Assembly: GCA_965220325.1 (NCBI GenBank)
Contig: OZ244821.1
Location: 5,189,644-5,253,643 of the forward strand
Direction: 5' to 3'
From: Candidatus Poribacteria bacterium
Lineage (GTDB): Bacteria; Poribacteria; WGA-4E; WGA-3G
Length of the DNA stretch: 64,000 nt
A program made the position numbers and the translations under genes. Shown one piece after another: positions 58,414 to 64,000 of this stretch (positions are counted from its first letter, which is position 1; the number at the start of each line of letters is the position of its first letter). Under the pieces are notes generated by a model. That model was given only the letters and a program-made list of their open reading frames with translations, ran no database searches and had not been told where the DNA came from.

Positions 58414-60822
58414 TTACGAATGCAAAGGTGTTTGCCATGCGGATTTAAGGACATCAATTGCAGTCTCAATGATCGGATGCCCTGATTTCCCTGTGATGAC
58501 GAATTCCGGTGCCGCTGTGACGGTGCCGAGGTAGCCTATCGGTACGCCTGACATGTGGTTTTCGTAAGCGTCTCGGTGTTCTGGTTCAACCTCGACAATA
58601 AAACGGCTGTTCGATTCAGAAAATAGGAGATAGTCGTCAGCATCGGTCTCATCGCCTGTCGGGATGTTATCAAGATTCAACCTCATTCCGTATCCACCAG
58701 CGAACGCCATCTCTGCCGCTGCTACACCGATCCCGCCTTCAGAGCAGTCGTGACAAGAACGCGCCAACCCACTGTTAATAGCACTGCTGAGCCGTTCCAT
58801 CGTCAACTTGGCTTCATCGGGCCGGACGACAGGTGCGCTGTTGCCGATAAACCCGTGGATACCGAAGTAGTGTGAACCGCCCAATTCAGTGTATGTGTTA
58901 CCAATGACATAGATGAGATTATCCGGTGCTTTTACATCCATTGTAACGGCGTTACGGATGTCTGGAATGACACAAATCGCGGATATAAGGAGCGTTGACG
59001 GAATCGCCCGTTGCTCGCCGGTTGTTGTATCTCGGTATTCGTTATAGAGGCTATCCTTCCCGGAGATGAAGGGGGTGCCGTAGGCGGTTGCGATGTCATA
59101 ACACGCTTTCGCTGCTCGGACTAACTCGCCGAGGCGGTCCGGTTTGTCCGGGTTGCCCCAGCAGAAATTGTCTAACAACGCTGTCTTTTCGAGGGTTCCA
59201 CCGACAGCAACGATGTTGCGTAAAGCCTCGTCAATTGCGGATGCCGCGCTGAGATACGGGTCTACGTCGCTATATTTTGGGTTAATACCGTTGGCGATGA
59301 TGACCCCTTTACGGCTCCCTAAGACCGGCGTAATAACGCACGCATCGCTGGGTCCATCGTTTGCTACACCGACGAGCGGGTTGATAACCACACCGCCTTG
59401 CACACCGTGGTCGTATTGGCGAATGACAGATTCTTTACTGGCGATGTTCGGACTTGCGAGCAGTCGTTTGAGATCATCCGTGTAGGGGGGGGTTCCAACC
59501 CCGATGCCTTTGTCTCGGGACGGCATTTCTGGATGCTTCGGTGGCTGCCAAACCGCCGCTTTCACAGGCTTCGGGAGTCCGTTATGTAGGAATTCCATCT
59601 CTAAGTCAGCGACGATCGCGCCTTCATAGAAAACCTGCAACCTGTGTGTATCCGTGAAAGTTCCGAGGACGGTGGCTTCAACGAATTCTGCTTCACAGAT
59701 AGTTATCAATTCCGATAGGTTTTCGGGTGGCACGGCGATAACCATGCGTTCCTGTGCTTCGGAGAGCCAGATTTCCCACGGGGCGAGTCCTTCATATTTC
59801 AAGGAGACGCGTTCGAGGTGTACCTCTGCGCCTATATGTGCGCCCATCTCACCGACAGCGGACGAGAACCCTCCCGCGCCGCAATCAGTTATGGAGCGAT
59901 ATAGGTTGCGGTCGCGCGCTTGTAACAACGCATCAACGATCTTTTTCTCCATAATCGGGTTGCCGATCTGTACGACGCTGCCGAGTCCCTCGGAGGTATC
60001 ATCGAGTTCAGCGGAGGAGAAGGTTGCCCCGTGGATTCCGTCGCGTCCGGTTTGTCCGCCGATTGCGACGACGAGATCCCCAGGTTCAACGGATTTTTCA
60101 CATCGGTTTCTCGGTATGAGTCCGACGTTTCCACAAAAGACGAGTGGGTTTGCGGTGTAGCGGGTGTCAAAGAGGATAGCACCGTTCGCTGTCGGAATGC
60201 CCATCCGGTTGCCATAGTCGCGCACGCCAGCAACGACCCCTTTAAAGACGCGTTTCGGATGAAGTGTGCCTTTCGGTAGCTGTGCGTAAGCTGTATCCGG
60301 CATCCCGAAACAGAAGACATCCGTATTCAGGATCGGTTTTGCACCAAGTCCCGTGCCGAGTGAATCGCGAATCACACCGCCGATGCCGGTACCCGCACCA
60401 CCGTAAGGTTCAATCGCTGACGGGTGGTTATGCGTTTCGACTTTGAAGACGAGGTTGAATGTATCATCGAATTCGATGATGCCAGCGTTGTCTGAAAAGA
60501 CTGAAACACACCACGGCTTCGCTATTTCTTCGGTTGCACGTTGAATGTAGCTCGGGAACAAACCGTCAATCTGTTCAGGTTCTTTTCCTTTTTCGGAATA
60601 GCGGATGATGCTTTTAAACGTTTTGTGAACGCAATGCTCAGACCAAGTTTGGGCGATGGTCTCTATTTCTACATCGGTTGGGTTGCGTCCCAACGTTCCG
60701 AAATGTGTCTGGATCGCCTTCATCTCGTTTAGGTTTAGGGACAGCGTTCCCTCTCGACTGATACGCATCAGTTCAGCATCATCTGCGTTTAGGATCTCTA
60801 TTTCGTTAACCGTATTGGGCAT
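58414..60822 (-). CDS. purL: FGAM synthase subunit PurL
   Basis: WSEHCVHK, VETHNHPSAIEP, TGRDGIHGA, DCGAGG, SEAQERM, SGKDSLYN, FSESNSR. Confidence 0.97.
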   Translation of the reverse strand: MPNTVNEIEILNADDAELMRISREGTLSLNLNEMKAIQTHFGTLGRNPTDVEIETIAQTWSEHCVHKTFKSIIRYSEKGKEPEQIDGLFPSYIQRATEEIAKPWCVSVFSDNAGIIEFDDTFNLVFKVETHNHPSAIEPYGGAGTGIGGVIRDSLGTGLGAKPILNTDVFCFGMPDTAYAQLPKGTLHPKRVFKGVVAGVRDYGNRMGIPTANGAILFDTRYTANPLVFCGNVGLIPRNRCEKSVEPGDLVVAIGGQTGRDGIHGATFSSAELDDTSEGLGSVVQIGNPIMEKKIVDALLQARDRNLYRSITDCGAGGFSSAVGEMGAHIGAEVHLERVSLKYEGLAPWEIWLSEAQERMVIAVPPENLSELITICEAEFVEATVLGTFTDTHRLQVFYEGAIVADLEMEFLHNGLPKPVKAAVWQPPKHPEMPSRDKGIGVGTPPYTDDLKRLLASPNIASKESVIRQYDHGVQGGVVINPLVGVANDGPSDACVITPVLGSRKGVIIANGINPKYSDVDPYLSAASAIDEALRNIVAVGGTLEKTALLDNFCWGNPDKPDRLGELVRAAKACYDIATAYGTPFISGKDSLYNEYRDTTTGEQRAIPSTLLISAICVIPDIRNAVTMDVKAPDNLIYVIGNTYTELGGSHYFGIHGFIGNSAPVVRPDEAKLTMERLSSAINSGLARSCHDCSEGGIGVAAAEMAFAGGYGMRLNLDNIPTGDETDADDYLLFSESNSRFIVEVEPEHRDAYENHMSGVPIGYLGTVTAAPEFVITGKSGHPIIETAIDVLKSAWQTPLHS

Positions 60823-60989
60823 TTTTTCTCCGGTGTTTGTTAACTAAAGTTTGGACAGTTTCTGTCTGTTTGATGTTAAGTTTTCAAGGGACTATCTATT
60901 TTGGGGCAAATTTCGCATACAAACGGAACCCCGCACTACAGTTTGCGAAAAATTAGGAGTGTTCAGCGTTATTTTCGGCGCGAAGAGGC

Positions 60990-61012
60990 ACAACCTAACA
61001 GGTTATGCTACA
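60990..61012 (-). repeat. GTAG REP, copy 2
   Basis: Identical to 54490-54512. Confidence 0.75.
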
Positions 61013-61022
61013 AGGTGGCAAC

Positions 61023-61152
61023 TTAGTGTTCTGCCAACGTTGAAATGAAAGGTAAACCCGGCTCGTAGTAGTGCGATTTATCGCACGTCCTAAGGTGCAA
61101 TGAATTGCGCCACTATGAACCACCTATCAGGTTAGATGTGACAAACTATTAG
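61023..61152. repeat. GTAGTAG REP doublet with TAGTG...CAAC TIR-like arms
   Basis: Inverted homolog of 22196-22296. Confidence 0.7.
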
Positions 61153-61207
61153 GTTATTATATCACAATTTTGGTTAGACAGTGGCCCGAATTTCTGATGG
61201 CAGTACA
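61153..61207 (-). repeat. uninterrupted copy of the group II intron target (contains TGnTATAAT)
   Basis: Matches 63008-63016 joined to 63741-63787. Confidence 0.85.
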
Positions 61208-61572
61208 CCTTTGAAACCACTGAAAATATCACGGAGTTTTATCGCTATATCGCTAATTGTTCCTTTATCACCAAGATTAAGCATCTCCATGTTTTCAGTC
61301 GCCGTATCAGCGGTTTTGTAGTAAATACAATATGTGAAACGATAAGAACGGAACCAACTGTCTATATCCATGGCTGAAATTTCCCCTTTAAATCCTAAAA
61401 CTACCATTTTAACCATTTTTTCATCCAAAGGGGGTTTTAAGTGCGTTAATAGCAATTCCTCGTAAAGAACCCATTTAATTTCTACTAATGACCAATCTAT
61501 AGAAAATTCTTCCGCTTCTTCTTTGAGAATTTGTTCAAATTTTTTGTCAGCAACAACATTGATAGTTTCCAT
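61174..61572 (-). CDS. hypothetical protein
   Basis: AT-rich 132-aa ORF coupled to the upstream gene (TAATG, GGAGG RBS); last ~10 codons lie in the direct repeat. Confidence 0.6.
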   Translation of the reverse strand: METINVVADKKFEQILKEEAEEFSIDWSLVEIKWVLYEELLLTHLKPPLDEKMVKMVVLGFKGEISAMDIDSWFRSYRFTYCIYYKTADTATENMEMLNLGDKGTISDIAIKLRDIFSGFKGVLPSEIRATV

Positions 61573-62438
61573 TATAAACCTCCATCCTTGATAAGTTCGT
61601 CTGAAGTAGGGGCATCTAAAAGTGTTGATGCCCTAACATCAAAATTAAATCCGAATTTCTGAACGACTGATCTGAGAGTTACTGTAATCCAATCCTTCGC
61701 GTAAGGCGAAACAATGACTTCATCAATCAACATACTTACATCAATATTGAAAAGCATACCGATGTCACATATATCTGGTAAACCAGTCTCAAAAAAAGAA
61801 TCTACATTTTCTACAGTCTGATTATTAAGAGCATCCGTAACGAATGGATCAATATCAACGATTAACCGAACTTCCTGTTCATGTTCGTATTCTTTTCTTT
61901 TTTGAAGATAAGGAAAATATGTCAATTTTTTAGCCAAAGGGATATCGTTTTGTTGAAAGTTTTGCATATATGGATCGTCATCCGTGTTACCGTAGATATA
62001 CTCTATTTTACCGATATAAATAGAATATTCGCTTAACAAACTATTTTTCATTTTTTCCCCGGTTGTTTTGATAGCAACACCACTATTGCGCATGTGATAT
62101 TTTTCCCACATCGCCATTGACTCTACTACATTCTGATGCCAACAGTTACACATAACATATTTACGTGAAGCTTCATGTCTCTTCATAATTTCTTCGACAA
62201 ATACTTCTGATTCTGATGAGGTAACACTCATGAGTGATTGTTTGTAGGCATCCACAATACTTTGGGGTATAAATCCTTCGTATGGATCCTCGAATTTATC
62301 AGCTCTTGTAAAATACAAAGCTTCTGTATCTAACAGATTAACGAATACCTCAAAGTTCGTGTATCGCCACAAAATATCTTCATCGTTTGGAGGGTTAATT
62401 CCGTCTAATTCTTCATACATTAAAAGCACCTTATACAA
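61572..62438 (-). CDS. DUF2971-like protein
   Basis: LWRY..F...LYF.....FEDPYEG, CWH....ESMAMW..Y, KRKEYEHEQEVRL. Confidence 0.7.
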   Translation of the reverse strand: MYKVLLMYEELDGINPPNDEDILWRYTNFEVFVNLLDTEALYFTRADKFEDPYEGFIPQSIVDAYKQSLMSVTSSESEVFVEEIMKRHEASRKYVMCNCWHQNVVESMAMWEKYHMRNSGVAIKTTGEKMKNSLLSEYSIYIGKIEYIYGNTDDDPYMQNFQQNDIPLAKKLTYFPYLQKRKEYEHEQEVRLIVDIDPFVTDALNNQTVENVDSFFETGLPDICDIGMLFNIDVSMLIDEVIVSPYAKDWITVTLRSVVQKFGFNFDVRASTLLDAPTSDELIKDGGL

Positions 62439-62495
62439 TCAATATCTCTGTCAGGACTTATGCATTTTTCTATGATAACGGACATATTACACACT

Positions 62496-62990
62496 TCATG
62501 TGTTAATTACGGGAGCGTCGGTTTTATGGGCGGCGAACTGAAGGCATGCCAGAATATCTTCGGCTTCCAGGTCCGGCATTTCTTCAAGAATCTCTTTAAC
62601 AGAAAGCCCGCTTGCCAGTAATCCTAAAACATCGGTGACCCGAATCCGCATGCCCCGAACACACGGACGGCCACCACACTGCCTCGGATTGGAAGTAATT
62701 CGACTTAACCGAAGTTTCTGATCAACGGTGATTTTGAGACTTGTGTCGCCTACTTGTTCTGCAAGTTCGCCTGCAATTTGGAAATCTGACCTTGCTTCCG
62801 ACAACCGCCTCAGTTTGCCTTTGGTCTCGCCTCGATTATAGTAAGCGCGGGCAAAATCTGGTTTTAGACGAATTGCTGCGTTATAGTCCGCTATAGCGCC
62901 TTTATAGTCGCCTGCCTCGTTTTTCTCATTACCCAAGGTGAAGTGAGTCTCGGCAGATAACGGTTTGTGGTCAGGTGTCATTTGAATCAT
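62496..62990 (-). CDS. TPR-DUF433 fusion protein
   Basis: GDYKGAIADYNAAIRLKPDFARAYYNRG TPRs + ITSNPRQCGGRPCVRGMRIRV...PDLEAEDILACLQFAA (DUF433). Confidence 0.8.
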   Translation of the reverse strand: MIQMTPDHKPLSAETHFTLGNEKNEAGDYKGAIADYNAAIRLKPDFARAYYNRGETKGKLRRLSEARSDFQIAGELAEQVGDTSLKITVDQKLRLSRITSNPRQCGGRPCVRGMRIRVTDVLGLLASGLSVKEILEEMPDLEAEDILACLQFAAHKTDAPVINT

Positions 62991-63016
62991 CTCCTTCCAT
63001 TTAGACTGTTATTATA

Positions 63017-63740
63017 GTAGGGTAGCGCAGGACGTTCACACGTCCCTTGCCCCCTCCAAACCGTGCGTGCGACTTTCACCGCACACGGAGACCTTCCAGT
63101 TGAATATGGCGGTAAACACTTTAGGATAATATATCCACATTTACTTTGTCTCTGTCTCATACCCAGAAGGTTCTATAGTTTGATATGCCTTACTGGGTAT
63201 GATTGCTCTCCCTATAGATAAAATGTTTCAGAGATATTTCAATGTATTCAACCTGATTATGCTTCTCTCTTGTGAGAGTTCCTAATCTCCTCAACCCTGC
63301 GGACTTCAAGAGTCCGTTTAGGTTCTTTTCAACTCTCTAATAGTAGACTTCACAGATGGATTTAGGAGTATCCTTTACCCCGATACATTGGGCATCCCAA
63401 TGCTGTATTCTCTCAACCTAATATAATTGCCAAAAGAAGCAATTTCAGATACCTATTGTGAAGAGGTATCTTTAGAATACCATAGTTTTTCAAGGCGTTA
63501 TCTATGTCACCAATAACGAGGCTTACGGATATTCAACTTTCGTTTCTCCATGTCAATCCATTATCGGACGTGCCAATTTTGGACGCTCTTATGAGTTTCG
63601 CCTATGTCCGCAGACATGCGCCATTTCCTCTTGCTTCCCACGTTGCTGTTTCCAACAACGCAGTTGGAGTGAGATATGCGGTGTTAGGTTCACCGAGTAG
63701 GAATTAAACCTACATTCTACTATTTTCTGTTGAAACGCAC
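63017..63740 (-). mobile_element. ORF-less group II intron (724 nt), domain V apparently disrupted
   Basis: 5' GTGCG; D1 closing TTTCAAC/GTTGAAA; EBS1 loop UCACAAU complementary to 5' exon ATTGTGA; DV CCGTGTGCGGTGAAAGTCGCACGCACGGTTT; DVI ending ACCCTAC; both boundaries fixed by the intronless site at 61153-61207. Confidence 0.88.
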
Positions 63741-63825
63741 TCACAATCTTGGTTTAGACAGTGGCCCGAATTTCCGATGGCAGTACAAAACATCAGCACT
63801 CCAGCTATCCTATGGTCATTTGATA

Positions 63826-64000
63826 CTATTTCCGTATTAACATCTTTCGCGTGGCTGTGAAATTACCTGCTTTGAGCGTATAGAAATAGACACCGCTTGC
63901 TACAGGTTCACCCTGCGCGTTTCTACCATCCCAATACGCTGCCCGGCTCTTGCCTTGATAGATACCGACAGGTTGGTGTCCCAATGCCAACGTGCGTACC
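63826..64000 (-). CDS. C-terminus of a FlgD-Ig/T9SS-like sorting-domain protein (truncated by window edge)
   Basis: ...LGHQPVGIYQGKSRAAYWDGRNAQGEPVASGVYFYTLKAGNFTATRKMLIRK*, homologous to the tail of 19397-22105. Confidence 0.85.
   Translation of the reverse strand, partial: VRTLALGHQPVGIYQGKSRAAYWDGRNAQGEPVASGVYFYTLKAGNFTATRKMLIRK

Noticed and set aside
54490-61012. 23-bp direct repeats as att sites of an island
   Set aside because: They enclose core purL/purQ and have GTAG-hairpin REP structure; more likely dispersed REPs
62452-62464. CAGGACTTATGCA, resembling an IS terminal repeat
   Set aside because: Single short copy with no partner end or transposase in the window
63504-63707. 67-aa plus-strand ORF
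   Set aside because: Antisense to intron domain I; no RT/maturase or other recognisable motif

Overview
Gene-dense bacterial chromosomal window, most likely from Candidatus Poribacteria or a relative. This is an inference from the cohesin/dockerin + 'LLPNYPNPFNPETWIPYQL' C-terminal sorting-domain proteins, a TM-extended ECF sigma factor, sulfatase/PhyH/FGE genes and very repeat-rich intergenic DNA. Housekeeping and metabolic genes include a LacD-type aldolase, a polyprenyl synthase, purD, purQ, purL, trpF, mutY, a HelY/Ski2-like helicase and two ammonium transporters behind a sigma-54 promoter. Accessory material includes a tandem HigBA-like toxin-antitoxin array, a block of secreted/lipoprotein genes (18.2-26.7 kb), an IS200-type tnpA flanked by GTAG-REP doublets, and many GTAG-REP hairpins, several wrapped in terminal inverted repeats. 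Most notable: (1) an ORF-less 724-nt group II intron (63017-63740, minus) inserted inside an extended -10 promoter motif, with an empty copy of the same ~55-bp target 1.85 kb away; the two copies bracket three accessory genes; (2) a UvrD-like helicase with two GIY-YIG modules in subdomain 1B and no 2B subdomain; (3) a RelA/SpoT zinc-finger fused to a DUF2250-like winged helix; (4) several orphan antitoxins. All family assignments are from motif recognition by eye; no database searches were run.
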